Below are positions 25,784 through 36,489 of a stretch of 64,000 nt of DNA, piece by piece. The translations under genes and the position numbers were made by a program. The notes under the pieces were generated by a model, which was not told where the DNA came from, searched no databases, and saw only the letters and a program-made list of their open reading frames with translations. This stretch comes from Chloroflexota bacterium (GTDB taxonomy: Bacteria; Chloroflexota; Dehalococcoidia; Dehalococcoidales; JACQON01): the NCBI GenBank assembly GCA_016202545.1, contig JACQON010000030.1, forward strand, positions 33,599 through 97,598. The letters are read 5' to 3'. Positions within the stretch are counted from its first letter, which is position 1. The number at the start of each line of letters is the position of its first letter.

Positions 25784-27067
25784 TTAGAAGATGCTGCCTG
25801 TGGTGATGGTCTGCTCCCGCGCCGGTCCCACTGAAATGAGCTTGACCGGGCAGGATATGAACTCTTCCAGGCGGCTTATATACCGGCGGGCTTCCGCCGG
25901 TAACTGCTGATACTGGCGAATATGGCTGATGGGAGTTTGCCACCCTGTCATCTCCTCGTAAATGGGCTGACATCTCTCCAAGGCGAAGGTGTTGCTGGGG
26001 AAAGAGTCTATCTCCTTTCCGTTCAGCCTGTAACCAACGCATATCTTCAAGCTGGCAAAGGCATCAAGCACGTCAAGGCGGGTGATGGCTGCGGCGGTAA
26101 AGCCATTGACCAACGTGCTCAGGCGGGAGGCAACGGCATCGAACCAGCCGCAGCGCCGGGGCCTGCCGGTGGTGGTGCCAAACTCGCTCCCTCTCTCCCG
26201 CAACAGTTCCCCGGTTTCGTCCTTCGCCTCGGCTGGCATGGGACCGCCGCCAACCCTGGTACAGTAGGCCTTGAACACACCCAGAACGCCGCTCAACCGG
26301 GTAGGGCTCAGACCGGCGCCCAGGCAGCTTCCCCCAGCCACCGAAGACGAAGATGTGGTATAGGGATAGGTGCCGAAATCGGGGTCGAGCAGAGTCCCCT
26401 GCGCCCCCTCCAGGAGTACCAGCTCTCCCTTGGCCAGGGCCTGTTCCAGCACCGGCAATGGCTCGCCGATATAAGGCGCCAGCCGTTCTCCATAGCGGCA
26501 GTACTGGGCGTATATCTCATCCAGTGATAGCGGACTGGCCCCATAGACCCTGGTCAATAGCATATTCTTATGGTCAAGCACGTGACGCAGCCGCTCCAGC
26601 AATACTCCCTGGTCCAGAAGGTCGCCGGCCCTGATGCCCAGCCTGGCGGCTTTATCAGCGAAGGCAGGGCCGATGCCCTTGCGCGTGGTGCCCAGCGCCT
26701 TGGCGCCGCGCGCTTCCTCTTCCAGGCCATCGAGGAGGATGTGGTATGGCATGACCAGATGGGCACGGTCGCTGATGAGCAGCCTGGAGATGTCCACGCC
26801 GTGCTGGCTGAGGCCGTCCATCTCGCCAATCAGCATGGCGGGGTTGACCACCACGCCGTTGCCGATAACGCAGATGGCGGACGGGGAGAAGATGCCCGAT
26901 GGGATAAGGTGCAATTTGAACTGGCCCCGGGGGTTGACCACGGTGTGCCCGGCGTTGTCACCTCCGCCGAAGCGGACTATTACCCTGGCCTGCTGGGCCA
27001 GCAGGTCGACTATCTTCCCTTTCCCCTCGTCTCCCCACTGCGCTCCGATGATAGCAATCGCTGGCAT
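25784..27067 (-). CDS. purA: Adenylosuccinate synthase
   Basis: 427 aa: GAQWGDEGKGKIVD...GGDNAGHTV. Confidence 0.95.
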   Translation of the reverse strand: MPAIAIIGAQWGDEGKGKIVDLLAQQARVIVRFGGGDNAGHTVVNPRGQFKLHLIPSGIFSPSAICVIGNGVVVNPAMLIGEMDGLSQHGVDISRLLISDRAHLVMPYHILLDGLEEEARGAKALGTTRKGIGPAFADKAARLGIRAGDLLDQGVLLERLRHVLDHKNMLLTRVYGASPLSLDEIYAQYCRYGERLAPYIGEPLPVLEQALAKGELVLLEGAQGTLLDPDFGTYPYTTSSSSVAGGSCLGAGLSPTRLSGVLGVFKAYCTRVGGGPMPAEAKDETGELLRERGSEFGTTTGRPRRCGWFDAVASRLSTLVNGFTAAAITRLDVLDAFASLKICVGYRLNGKEIDSFPSNTFALERCQPIYEEMTGWQTPISHIRQYQQLPAEARRYISRLEEFISCPVKLISVGPAREQTITTGSIF

Positions 27068-27078
27068 TATTCCCTTCC

Positions 27079-27693
27079 CTATCCTTCTTTAATAGCTACG
27101 TGCCTTGTCTGTTTCCAGACATGGAATAGCCTCTGACCGACGGTAATAAAGCTGAAAACGGCGATGACCACCAGGGCAATAACCAGGGCATGGTCAATCT
27201 GGCTGAGCAGCAGGCCCAGCGCCAGCACCACGACCCTTTCCGCCCGGGTAAATAGCCCCGTCTGGCACTCCAGGCCCAGCGCCTCCGCCCTGGCCCTTGT
27301 GTAGCTTACCAGCAATGAGCCAACTAATGCAAGGCCGGCCAGCAAGACACCACCGGTTGACTGCTCCCTGGCGTATACCGCCATGATGCCCAGCAGCAAC
27401 GCTGCCTCGGCCAGGCGGTCAAGCGTAGAGTCAAGGACGGCGCCAAAGGGGCCGGTCTTTTTGAGGTGGCGGGCCAGGGCTCCGTCCAGCATGTCGAAAA
27501 AACTGGCCACCAGTATGGCGATGCCAGCGGCAACGGGGTAACCGGCGACGACAAGCGCCGCCGCGCCCAGGGCCAGCAGGAAGCCAAACCAGGTCAGCGC
27601 GTCAGGTGTTACCGGTGTTCTTGCCAGCAGCCGCACTATCGGTTGCGCCAGGTGATACGCTGCATCTTTGCGGAATGTTGTTAGCCTTATCAT
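27079..27693 (-). CDS. CDP-alcohol phosphatidyltransferase family protein (candidate phosphatidylinositol-phosphate synthase)
   Basis: 204 aa, multi-TM, with the motif DMLDGALARHLKKTGPFGAVLDSTLDRLAE (D-x2-DG-x2-AR...D-x3-D). Confidence 0.75.
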   Translation of the reverse strand: MIRLTTFRKDAAYHLAQPIVRLLARTPVTPDALTWFGFLLALGAAALVVAGYPVAAGIAILVASFFDMLDGALARHLKKTGPFGAVLDSTLDRLAEAALLLGIMAVYAREQSTGGVLLAGLALVGSLLVSYTRARAEALGLECQTGLFTRAERVVVLALGLLLSQIDHALVIALVVIAVFSFITVGQRLFHVWKQTRHVAIKEG

Positions 27694-27701
27694 CAGCCGT
27701 T

Positions 27702-28895
27702 TTACAGGAGCAATAGCTTCTCTTCGGCCGGGGCCAGGGAGGCCTCGGTTTGTGACAGTCGCTCACTTCCTCGCCGCTCGCTGAGCACTCTCTGGTAGCA
27801 GCCCACTACTTTTCGAGCGATGCGCTCCCAGCTATACTCCGCCGCTTTAAGCCTACCTCTCTCTCCCATCTGCTGCTGGAGTCGGCTGTCTTTGAGGAGC
27901 GCTATGAGAGCCCGGGCCAGGGCCTGTTCGTCCTTCGGTGGCACCAGCAGCCCCTCAACGCCATGGGTGAGCACGGTGGCGTAGCCATCTATATTGGAGG
28001 CGACCACCGGTTTGCCGGCGGCCATAGCCTCAAGCAAGACAATGCCGAAGCTTTCCTGGCCGGTAGCCGAAAAACAACAGACATCGGCCGTCTTATAGTA
28101 TCTGGGCAAGTCATCGTAAGACACCTGGCCGACAAAGGCCACGTCGCTCAGGTCGTTCTTCCTGACCCATTTCTCGTACTTTTTGCGCAGCCTGGTGCCG
28201 GGGCCGACGATGATGAGCCGGGAGTCGGGGATTTCACTTTTGACCTGCTGGTAAGCCCGGAGCAGGTAGTTCACGCCCTTCCGTTTCTCAAGGCGGCCGA
28301 CAAACAGGATGTTGCGTTTTCCATCGCGGAAGCTGTCAACGGGCGCTACATCACGGGAGAAACGCTCCTGGTCAATGCCATTGGGGATGATGTCATAGTG
28401 CCCGTTCACGTGTTTGCTGGCGAACTCCAGGGCCACCCTTGACACCGCTATCTTGGCGTGAAGCTTGCGGGCCCGCCTTTTCAGCATGAAGGTGCTGATT
28501 GGCCTGCCGAAGCCATAACCAGGCTTGCCCTGGCAGGCGTGAAAGGTCCCGATATTGACGGTATCGGAAAAGCGGAGCACGGCGCTGCACAGCATCGGCA
28601 TGAACGGCTCATGGAGGTGGATGATGTCGAACTTCTCCCTGGCCAGCACCTTCTTTATACTGGAAGCCAGCCTGAGTGATATGGTAATGCGGCTGATGGA
28701 GCCGCTGGCCGGAATGGGACGGGGCTTACCAATGGGGATGAAACGGTCGCCAAGCTCATTGACCACACTGGATGCGGGGGCGATGACCTTGACCTCGTGG
28801 CCCATCCTGGTCAACTGGCGCTCCAGTTCGCGGACGTGGTAGGCAACGCCGCCGGGATGACAAAAATCATAGGGACAGACTAAAGCGACCTTCAT
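27702..28895 (-). CDS. Glycosyltransferase family 4 (PimA-like)
   Basis: 397 aa with a GT-B fold pattern: MKVALVCPYDF...GGVAYHV, then ESFGIVLLEAMAAGKPVVAS. Confidence 0.8.
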   Translation of the reverse strand: MKVALVCPYDFCHPGGVAYHVRELERQLTRMGHEVKVIAPASSVVNELGDRFIPIGKPRPIPASGSISRITISLRLASSIKKVLAREKFDIIHLHEPFMPMLCSAVLRFSDTVNIGTFHACQGKPGYGFGRPISTFMLKRRARKLHAKIAVSRVALEFASKHVNGHYDIIPNGIDQERFSRDVAPVDSFRDGKRNILFVGRLEKRKGVNYLLRAYQQVKSEIPDSRLIIVGPGTRLRKKYEKWVRKNDLSDVAFVGQVSYDDLPRYYKTADVCCFSATGQESFGIVLLEAMAAGKPVVASNIDGYATVLTHGVEGLLVPPKDEQALARALIALLKDSRLQQQMGERGRLKAAEYSWERIARKVVGCYQRVLSERRGSERLSQTEASLAPAEEKLLLL

Positions 28896-28932
28896 GGCTA
28901 CCTAAGCCTCAGCGCTGACCTGATTGGCCTTT

Positions 28933-30030
28933 TTATGCCGGAGCGCCCGGCTCACCGCCCTTGCCGGCGGCGATGAACTCTTCCACCATGCAGCGAGCTT
29001 CGTCATCAGTATACTGAACCGGCGGCGATTTCATGAAGTAGGCTGAAGGGCCTGTCAGCGCCCCCTTCAGCCCCCGGTCCAGGGCGAGTTTACAGCACCT
29101 TATGGCATCAATGACTACCCCGGCTGAGTTCGGGCTATCCCACACCTCCAGCTTCAGCTCCAGGTTCAACGGGACATCGCCAAAGGTCCGTCCCTCCATC
29201 CTGATGTGGCAGAACTTGCGGTCAAGAAGCCAGGGGACATAGTCACTGGGGCCAACATGAATATCATCCGGGTCCAACTCGTAGTCCAGTTGAGAGGTGA
29301 CGGCGTTGGTCTTGGATATCTTCTTAGACTCCAGGCGCTCCCGCTCCAGCATGTTGTAGAAGTCGGTGTTGCCGCCGAAGTTCAACTGGTAGGTCCGCTC
29401 CAGCTTCACGCCGCGGTCCCGGAACAGCCTGGTCAGGACGCGGTGTACGATGGTAGCTCCCACCTGGGACTTTATGTCATCGCCGATGACGGGCAGCCCT
29501 CTGTCGGTGAAGCGCCTCTGCCAGTATTTTTCCCTGGCGATAAAGACCGGTATGCAGTTGACAAAGCCGCAGCCGGCGTCCAGCACCTGCTCAATGTACC
29601 ATTTGGTGGCCTCTTCGCTGCCAACCGGCAGGTAGTTAAGCACGACATCGGTCTTGGTATCTCTGAGGATGCTGACTATATCCGCCGTTTGCCCCGGCGC
29701 CTTTTGTATTATCTTGGACAGGTATTTCCCCAGGCCATCATGGGTCATGCCCCGCTCCACCTTGACTCCGGCAGAGGGAACGTCACAAAATTTAAAGGTG
29801 TTATTGGGCTTGGTAAAGATGGCCTTGGACAGGTCCCGGCCGACCTTATTCTTATCAATGTCGAAGGCGGCCACGAACTTGATGTCGCTTATGTGGTAGC
29901 CGCCCAGGTTGATATGCATCAGGCCGGGCACGATTTCAGTCTCCTTGGCGTTCCTGTAGTAGTGGACTCCCTGGACCAGTGACGAGGCGCAATTACCCAC
30001 CCCTATTATGGCTACGTTGATATTACCCAA
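28933..30030 (-). CDS. ino1: Inositol-3-phosphate synthase (myo-inositol-1-phosphate synthase)
   Basis: 365 aa: [17 protein letters not shown]...FGGNTDF...SKKISKT. Confidence 0.85.
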   Translation of the reverse strand: MGNINVAIIGVGNCASSLVQGVHYYRNAKETEIVPGLMHINLGGYHISDIKFVAAFDIDKNKVGRDLSKAIFTKPNNTFKFCDVPSAGVKVERGMTHDGLGKYLSKIIQKAPGQTADIVSILRDTKTDVVLNYLPVGSEEATKWYIEQVLDAGCGFVNCIPVFIAREKYWQRRFTDRGLPVIGDDIKSQVGATIVHRVLTRLFRDRGVKLERTYQLNFGGNTDFYNMLERERLESKKISKTNAVTSQLDYELDPDDIHVGPSDYVPWLLDRKFCHIRMEGRTFGDVPLNLELKLEVWDSPNSAGVVIDAIRCCKLALDRGLKGALTGPSAYFMKSPPVQYTDDEARCMVEEFIAAGKGGEPGAPA

Positions 30031-30163
30031 ATCAGGTACTCCTTTTCTCTCTCAGACAGGCTGCGAAGAGGGTAGCCCCTCATTGCTCACCGTGCAAGCC
30101 CCCTGGCTTTCACAATGTTGCACTATACTCCATTATACGCAAGCTGTCAAGGTTTTGGGTTTC

Positions 30164-30193
30164 TTGACAGAAAGTAATGCCCTCATGTAATAT
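30164..30193 (+). promoter_or_regulatory. Sigma70-like promoter TTGACA-18-TAATAT upstream of rsmD-coaD
   Basis: -35 at 30164-30169 and -10 at 30188-30193. Confidence 0.4.
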
Positions 30194-30242
30194 CGTGATG
30201 GTGACCGCAAAAACAGGAGTGGTTTCGGGAGGCTCTGCAGGG

Positions 30243-30797
30243 ATGCGAATTATTGCCGGCGAGGCGAGAGGACATCGGCTCAAGTCACCTCCGCGAAGCA
30301 CCACGCGTCCGGCGACGGACCTGGTGCGCGGGGCCATTTTTTCCATGCTGGAGACCGTTGCCAGCGACTGGACACGGGTGCTTGACCTGTTCTCTGGAAG
30401 CGGCGCCCTGGGCATTGAAGCGTTGAGCCGTGGCGCTGGCTGGGTTGACTTTGTCGAGCAGTCGCCCCAGTGCTGCGAGGTAATCAAGCAAAACCTGGAA
30501 AAGACGAAATTCTCCGCTCAGGCCCATATCTACTGCCGTGAAGTAAGCAAGACGCTTTCCTTTCTGGACCAGGAATACGGTATAATATTGATGGACCCTC
30601 CCTATGCCGATACCTCCATCGGCAGGCTGGTGGCGCGGCTGGCGACCTCTAAGCTGGTAGGGGCAAAAACAATCGTGGTGGTGACCCACTCTCCACGCCT
30701 GGTGCTGAGTCCTGGTTATCCTCCATTGAGCTTGATTAAGGAGCGCCGTCATGGCGATAGCTGTATCGCACTATACAGAAAGGAGCCAAACAATTGA
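30243..30797 (+). CDS. rsmD: 16S rRNA (guanine966-N2)-methyltransferase
   Basis: The start is at the ATG at 30243 (MRIIAGEARGHRLKSPP). Motifs: DLFSGSGALGIEALSRGA...DPPY. Confidence 0.85.
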   Translation: MRIIAGEARGHRLKSPPRSTTRPATDLVRGAIFSMLETVASDWTRVLDLFSGSGALGIEALSRGAGWVDFVEQSPQCCEVIKQNLEKTKFSAQAHIYCREVSKTLSFLDQEYGIILMDPPYADTSIGRLVARLATSKLVGAKTIVVVTHSPRLVLSPGYPPLSLIKERRHGDSCIALYRKEPNN

Positions 30798-31315
30798 CTG
30801 TTGCCATCTACCCGGGCAGCTTCGACCCGATAACCAACGGCCATTTGGACGTCATTCGCAGAGCGGCCAAGCTTTTTGAGAAGCTAATCATTGGCGTTTA
30901 TGACCGACCTAATAAGCTCCTCACCTTCACTACCGAGGAGCGGGTGAAGCTGGTAAGGCGAGCGGTGGCTGACCTGCCCAATGTTGAAGCCAGGTCTTAC
31001 GTTGGGCTGACCGTTGATTTTGCCCGTCAGGTAAATGCCCATGCCATGGTACGGGGTCTGAGGATAAGCGCCGATTTTGAGAGGGAATTTGACCTGGCGA
31101 TGATGAACCGGAGGCTGAATCCTGGCCTGGAGCTAGTGTGCCTGATGGCAAGCCCCGAGTATCAGTTCCTCAGCTCCAGCTTGCTCAAGGAGGCAGCCAG
31201 CCTGGGCGGCAATATTGATGACCTGGTCCCCCGGCACGTGAGCCAAGCTTTAAAAAAGAAGGTGGGTGGTGGTAATGTAACTAACGTAGCAACCGCTGAA
31301 GGGCCGTTCCTATAA
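30794..31315 (+). CDS. coaD: Pantetheine-phosphate adenylyltransferase
   Basis: AIYPGSFDPITNGHLDVIRRA. The TTG start overlaps the rsmD stop. Confidence 0.9.
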   Translation: MTVAIYPGSFDPITNGHLDVIRRAAKLFEKLIIGVYDRPNKLLTFTTEERVKLVRRAVADLPNVEARSYVGLTVDFARQVNAHAMVRGLRISADFEREFDLAMMNRRLNPGLELVCLMASPEYQFLSSSLLKEAASLGGNIDDLVPRHVSQALKKKVGGGNVTNVATAEGPFL

Positions 31316-31606
<291 letters not shown>

Positions 31607-31667
31607 ATCTCCCTTAAGCAAGATAGTTACGGAAACTCCGATTCGCTGCACCCTGCCGCTAGTTGAT

Positions 31668-31700
31668 ATCGGCTAGTAAGCCTCAGGCTTACTAGCCGAT
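31668..31700. terminator. 14-bp perfect hairpin between convergent ferredoxin and cvpA genes
   Basis: ATCGGCTAGTAAGC-ctcag-GCTTACTAGCCGAT. There is no clear T-tract on either strand. Confidence 0.4.
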
Positions 31701-31776
31701 TGTCGTGACAATAGAGGTTCTATGTGATGGCTGGCGTCGAGCCAGCGTCGGTGGCCGTGGAGCAAGGGCGCTATTT

Positions 31777-32265
31777 CTATTGGAAGAAGGAGCGGACGGA
31801 GTCGAACTCTTCCGGGAGCAGCGCCAGCAGCACGGGCAAGCGTTCCAGGAGCAAGCGGGCCAGGGCCGATTCAGCGATAGTATTGCCTATGCCCAGGTAC
31901 TTGGCCCAGATGGTCAGCAGGGCAGCGCAGAAAAAGCCTCCCAGCACCAGGCCGAGGGCAGCTCCGCCGAGGTGGTCAACCCAGCTCAGCGGTACTATTG
32001 AGGTGGCCATCTTCAGCAATTTGGACAGCAGTTGGGCAATTACTATCACCCCGACCAGTATAATGGCGAAGGCAACTATTTTGGCTATGTTGTCCTGGGG
32101 AATGAAGGTCAGCCGCTCGGCGAGGGCGGCATAGTAGCGTCCGGCCAGGGTAACGCCGACGACTATCCCCGCCAGGGACAGGGTCACCTTTATCAGACCG
32201 CTCCTCAAACCGTAGAAGGCGGCGGCAGCTAGAACTATGGCGATAACTATATCGAGCCAGTTCAT
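31777..32265 (-). CDS. cvpA: CvpA family membrane protein
   Basis: 162 aa with 4 TM segments: MNWLDIVIAIVLAAAAFYGLRSGLIK. Confidence 0.7.
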   Translation of the reverse strand: MNWLDIVIAIVLAAAAFYGLRSGLIKVTLSLAGIVVGVTLAGRYYAALAERLTFIPQDNIAKIVAFAIILVGVIVIAQLLSKLLKMATSIVPLSWVDHLGGAALGLVLGGFFCAALLTIWAKYLGIGNTIAESALARLLLERLPVLLALLPEEFDSVRSFFQ

Positions 32266-32282
32266 CGTTAGCTCCTACTTTA

Positions 32283-33533
32283 TCATCCGTAGCGCAGGGC
32301 GTCAATAGGGTTCAGCCGGGATGCCCTTATTGCCGGGTACATGCCGGAGACAAGGCCGATGAAGACCGACACCGAAATGGCCAGGACCACGGTATCCGGC
32401 GATATCACGGCAACCAGCCTCTGGCCGCCAATCTCTATCCGGGAAATCAAGGTCGCCAGCAGCCAGCCTCCGATTATGCCAATGCCGCCTCCGCTAAGGC
32501 TCAACATGGCTGCCTCAAACAGGAATTGAAGCAGGACGTCTCTCCTTTTGGCTCCCACCGCCTTGCGGATGCCTATCTCCCTGGTCCGCTCGGTTACTGA
32601 GACCAGCATTATGTTCATGATGCCTATGCCGCCAACCAGGAGTGAGATGCCGGCGATGAGAGAAAGGAACATGGTAAATACGCCGGTGACCTGCTGTATC
32701 ATGCCCAGCACCTGCTCCTGGGTGACTATCATGAAGTCATCCCTATCATCTTCGGCCAGCCGGTGGCGCTGTCTCAAAATGGCTGAAATCTCGTCGATTA
32801 CCTCATCTTTGACCTCGGCGCTGGTGAGCTGGATGGCGATGGACTGGATGCCCTCTGTCACGCTGGCGGAGCGTTGGGCGAATAGCCTGGCCTGATAGGT
32901 GGTGATGGGGACTACTACTATGTTGTCCATGCTGAAGCCCAGGAAGCTGCCTCCTTTGGGTTCCAGCACGCCGGTCACGGTGAACCGCTGTCCTTTGATT
33001 TTGACCCGCTGTCCCACGGCCTCGCTCGGGCCAAACAGCTCCTCGGCTGCTTTGCCGCCCAACACCACCACCCTGGCCCTCGAAGATACGTTGTTATCGG
33101 TGAGAAATTGACCTGAGGCCATCGAGTGGCCAAATGCCTGCTGATAAGCGGGAGTGGTGCCATGGATTATGGCGGCTACACTTTCGCTGCCGGCTGTCAC
33201 CTCAACGAAGTTCTCATTGGTGGGGGCTACTCCGATTACATTGGGGATGGCGGCCAGCGCTGCGGCGTCTTCCAGGGTGAGAGTGGGCAGGGCAAACACG
33301 GGTGAGAACCTGGCCATTCCCGGCGCCTCTGGGTTGGTCGGCTGCACGTACACCACGTTAGTGCCCAACTCTTGAAAAAGGGAGGTGACCGAAGCCTGTG
33401 CTCCCGCCCCGGCCGCGGTCAGGGTTATAACGGCGCCGACCCCGATGATGATACCCAACATGGTCAGGACGGAGCGCAACTTGTTGGCCAGTAGTGACCT
33501 TACGGCGATAATGAAAAACTGGATGAGCTTCAC
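32283..33533 (-). CDS. ABC transporter permease (MacB/FtsX-like)
   Basis: 416 aa with a MacB_PCD-like periplasmic domain and a C-terminal FtsX domain (TREIGIRKAVGAKRRDV). Confidence 0.85.
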   Translation of the reverse strand: MKLIQFFIIAVRSLLANKLRSVLTMLGIIIGVGAVITLTAAGAGAQASVTSLFQELGTNVVYVQPTNPEAPGMARFSPVFALPTLTLEDAAALAAIPNVIGVAPTNENFVEVTAGSESVAAIIHGTTPAYQQAFGHSMASGQFLTDNNVSSRARVVVLGGKAAEELFGPSEAVGQRVKIKGQRFTVTGVLEPKGGSFLGFSMDNIVVVPITTYQARLFAQRSASVTEGIQSIAIQLTSAEVKDEVIDEISAILRQRHRLAEDDRDDFMIVTQEQVLGMIQQVTGVFTMFLSLIAGISLLVGGIGIMNIMLVSVTERTREIGIRKAVGAKRRDVLLQFLFEAAMLSLSGGGIGIIGGWLLATLISRIEIGGQRLVAVISPDTVVLAISVSVFIGLVSGMYPAIRASRLNPIDALRYG

Positions 33534-34195
33534 TGGCTGACAATCCTACCATCGCGAAGGGTTATAATTCGCTCGGCCTGAGCGCCTATCTCGGCCTCAT
33601 GGGTAACCATAACCACGGTGATGCCGTCCCGGTGGAGCTGGTGAAAGATGGACAGGATTTCAGAAGTAGAAGCGCTGTCGAGGTTGCCGGTAGGCTCGTC
33701 GGCCAGGAGGATAGCCGGATTATTGACCAGCGCCCGTGCGATGGCCACCCGCTGCTGCTCACCGCCGGACAGCTCGCTGGGCTTGTGCCGGGCCCTGTGC
33801 TTCAGGCCCACCCTCTCCAGGGCATCGAGGGCGTGCTGGCGCCTGCGGCCGCCGCCTCCGTAAACGATGGGAAGCTCAACGTTGGCCAGGGCATTGGCCC
33901 GCGGCAAGAGGTTGAACTCCTGAAAGACGAAGCCCAGCTCCTTGCTCCTCATCTCGGCCAGCCTGTTGTCGCTGAGCCGGCTGATGTCAGCCCCGTTGAA
34001 GACGTACCTGCCCGAGGTGGGCTTGTCCAGGCAGCCGATGATGTGCATCAGCGTGGACTTGCCCGAGCCTGATGGCCCCATGATGGCTACCATCTCCCCT
34101 TCCCGGATGGAAAGGGATACCCCGTTAAGGGCATATACGCCCAGCTTGCCCATCCGGTAGACCTTGGTGACGTTTTCTAGCTCAACCATGCCCAT
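33530..34195 (-). CDS. ABC transporter ATP-binding protein (MacB/LolD-like)
   Basis: [24 protein letters not shown] and [12 protein letters not shown]. Confidence 0.9.
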   Translation of the reverse strand: MGMVELENVTKVYRMGKLGVYALNGVSLSIREGEMVAIMGPSGSGKSTLMHIIGCLDKPTSGRYVFNGADISRLSDNRLAEMRSKELGFVFQEFNLLPRANALANVELPIVYGGGGRRRQHALDALERVGLKHRARHKPSELSGGEQQRVAIARALVNNPAILLADEPTGNLDSASTSEILSIFHQLHRDGITVVMVTHEAEIGAQAERIITLRDGRIVSQ

Positions 34196-34225
34196 AGTCT
34201 GAAATAGTGAAGCTCACGCTGGCTT

Positions 34226-35668
34226 CTACTGGGAGAAGAAGCTCGAGCTGGCTGTCCTGGCTCTTCTCTCCACTAACACCTTCTCCCCCTCGCGAAGCCC
34301 GCTTATGATTTCAGTGTAAGTGTCATCGCTGATGCCGGCCGCCACCGGTCTGGCCACGGTCTGCTCCCCCACCACCTCGACGAAGGTATTGCCCTGGCTG
34401 TCCCGTTTGACCGTCCGGCTGGGTACCAGCAGCACGTTTTGGCGCTCATCGGTCACGATATCGGCGGTGGCCCTCATACCTGGTCTGATGCCTTCGGAAA
34501 TGGCGAGGCTGACCTTTACTTGATAGAAGACCAGCCCGGACTCTTCCCTGCCCAGCGGGGGGATGAAGCTGACCCTGCCCTCAAGCTCGGTGCCGGGCAG
34601 GGCGTCCACGCTGATGATGGCCTTCTGGTTTAGTTTCACGTTTGGCATGTCTATTTCATCTATATCCACCACCAGTTGCATGGTGGTGAGGTCAACCAGG
34701 TGGATAATAGTCTTTGCGGCAGCGACGGTGTCGCCCTCATCGGCGGTGATGCTGGCGATAGTTCCGGCAAACGGCGCCGTGATGACGGCGTCATCAAGCT
34801 GACTCCGGGCATATTCCAGGGACTTCCTGGCCGCCTCCGCCTGCGTCTCTCTCAACTCTACCTCGTCTTTATCCGGCGTTTTGGCATCGTCGAGCCGCAC
34901 CAGGGCGTGTTCCAGTGACTTTTGAGCTTGCTCCACGGACTGCTCAGCCCCCTTTAACTGGAGCTTTTTTAGCGTCAGCTCATCCGGTATCAACCCGGCG
35001 TACTCTGACTCCGCCAGGAGGTCGGCCAGGTCCTGTCCGGCCTCGGCGAGCTTTAGCTGGGCCTGGAGGAATTCGCCCCGCCAGTAGGCGATTTCATAAT
35101 TGTCCCCTCTCTGGGTGGCCTCTTTCAGCATCGCCTCGGCAGCTTTCACCTCAAGCTCGGCGTCGGTTACGTCATCCTTGGCCTCGGCCACGTCTTCCAT
35201 CCTGTTCAGGCTCAGCCTGGACGCTTCCAGAGCTACCTCCGCCTGTGCCAGGGCCATTCTCGCTTGGGCCACTGCCAGCTCCAGGGAGCTGATTTCAACT
35301 GAGGAGTACCGGTTTCTGGCTTTAACGAGGTTGTATTCCGCCGCCTTTAACGCTGTCTCTGCCTGGGTCGCTGCCAGCTCTAAAGCCCGGCTGTCAAGCC
35401 TGGCCAGCTCCTGGCCTTTGCTGACCTCGTCCCCCTCTTCGACGTATATTTTGTCTATCTTTCCGCCAACGCCGAAGGCCAGCTTCGACTCTCCGGCCAC
35501 CTCGATATTGCCACTGCCACTTACGCTGACAGTCAGGTCGCCACGGCTGACCTCGGCTATTTGCTGGGTGACTTCATTTTGCCCTCCCGTGTCAAAGGGG
35601 TTGCACGCCGCAGTGACGAGCACTGCCGGGAGCAGTAGCGATATCGCTGCTATCTTCCGGGCGTTCAT
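34226..35668 (-). CDS. Efflux transporter periplasmic adaptor (HlyD/MacA family) lipoprotein
   Basis: 480 aa with the lipobox LVTAAC, a long coiled-coil hairpin and C-terminal beta-barrel regions. Confidence 0.8.
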   Translation of the reverse strand: MNARKIAAISLLLPAVLVTAACNPFDTGGQNEVTQQIAEVSRGDLTVSVSGSGNIEVAGESKLAFGVGGKIDKIYVEEGDEVSKGQELARLDSRALELAATQAETALKAAEYNLVKARNRYSSVEISSLELAVAQARMALAQAEVALEASRLSLNRMEDVAEAKDDVTDAELEVKAAEAMLKEATQRGDNYEIAYWRGEFLQAQLKLAEAGQDLADLLAESEYAGLIPDELTLKKLQLKGAEQSVEQAQKSLEHALVRLDDAKTPDKDEVELRETQAEAARKSLEYARSQLDDAVITAPFAGTIASITADEGDTVAAAKTIIHLVDLTTMQLVVDIDEIDMPNVKLNQKAIISVDALPGTELEGRVSFIPPLGREESGLVFYQVKVSLAISEGIRPGMRATADIVTDERQNVLLVPSRTVKRDSQGNTFVEVVGEQTVARPVAAGISDDTYTEIISGLREGEKVLVERRARTASSSFFSQ

Positions 35669-35673
35669 TAAAA

Positions 35674-36489
35674 TTAGTCTCCTGACCCTCCCAGCTTTCT
35701 GGCTTTGTCGTGGGCGGCAATGACTGCCTGTTTCACCAGCCCGGAAAAGTCGCCCTTCTCCAGTCGCAGCAAGGCCTCGGCGGTGGTGCCGCCGGGAGAA
35801 GTGACCATCTTTCTTAGCTCAGCGAGAGGCTTGCCTGATTTCCCGGCGAAGCGGGCTGAGCCGATTACGGTCTGCATTACCATTTCCCGGGCCATATCGC
35901 GGGGAAGGCCGATATGCACCGCAGCTTCAACTAGCGACTCCATGAAGAGGAAGACATAGGCTGGCCCGCTGCCGCTCACCGCCGTGGCCATGTCAATATA
36001 TTTCTCATCATCAACGAATACCTCTCGCCCCATGGCGCCCAGGATAGAGGCCACCTGCTCTTTTTGACCCGGAGCTACTTCAGAAGCGGCTGTCCACACG
36101 CTCATTCCTTCGCCAATCTGGGCGGGGGTATTGGGCATGACCCGGACCACAGCGCCATGGTCCAGACCGGCGCATAAAGTAGCCAGCCTGGCCCCGGCGA
36201 TGATGGACAGCACCAACTGGCGGGGCTTGAGCTGACCATTAAGCTCGGCCATTACGTCAGCCAGGTTCTGCGGCTTGATGGCCAGCACCACTACGTCGGC
36301 CCCATGTACGGCCTGCCGGTTGCTATCGGTTGTGGCCACGCCGTATCTCTGCTGGATAAGCTCTCGTCTGGCCTGATTCACATCGCTGACGCAGATAGCT
36401 TCCCGGCTGGCCAAACCCTTATCCAGTACGGCCAGGAGCATGGCCTCTCCCATGTTGCCACCGCCGATAAAGGCTATCTTCATATTCAT
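35674..36489 (-). CDS. proC: Pyrroline-5-carboxylate reductase
   Basis: 271 aa: KIAFIGGGNMGEAM...SPGGTTAEAL. Confidence 0.9.
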   Translation of the reverse strand: MNMKIAFIGGGNMGEAMLLAVLDKGLASREAICVSDVNQARRELIQQRYGVATTDSNRQAVHGADVVVLAIKPQNLADVMAELNGQLKPRQLVLSIIAGARLATLCAGLDHGAVVRVMPNTPAQIGEGMSVWTAASEVAPGQKEQVASILGAMGREVFVDDEKYIDMATAVSGSGPAYVFLFMESLVEAAVHIGLPRDMAREMVMQTVIGSARFAGKSGKPLAELRKMVTSPGGTTAEALLRLEKGDFSGLVKQAVIAAHDKARKLGGSGD

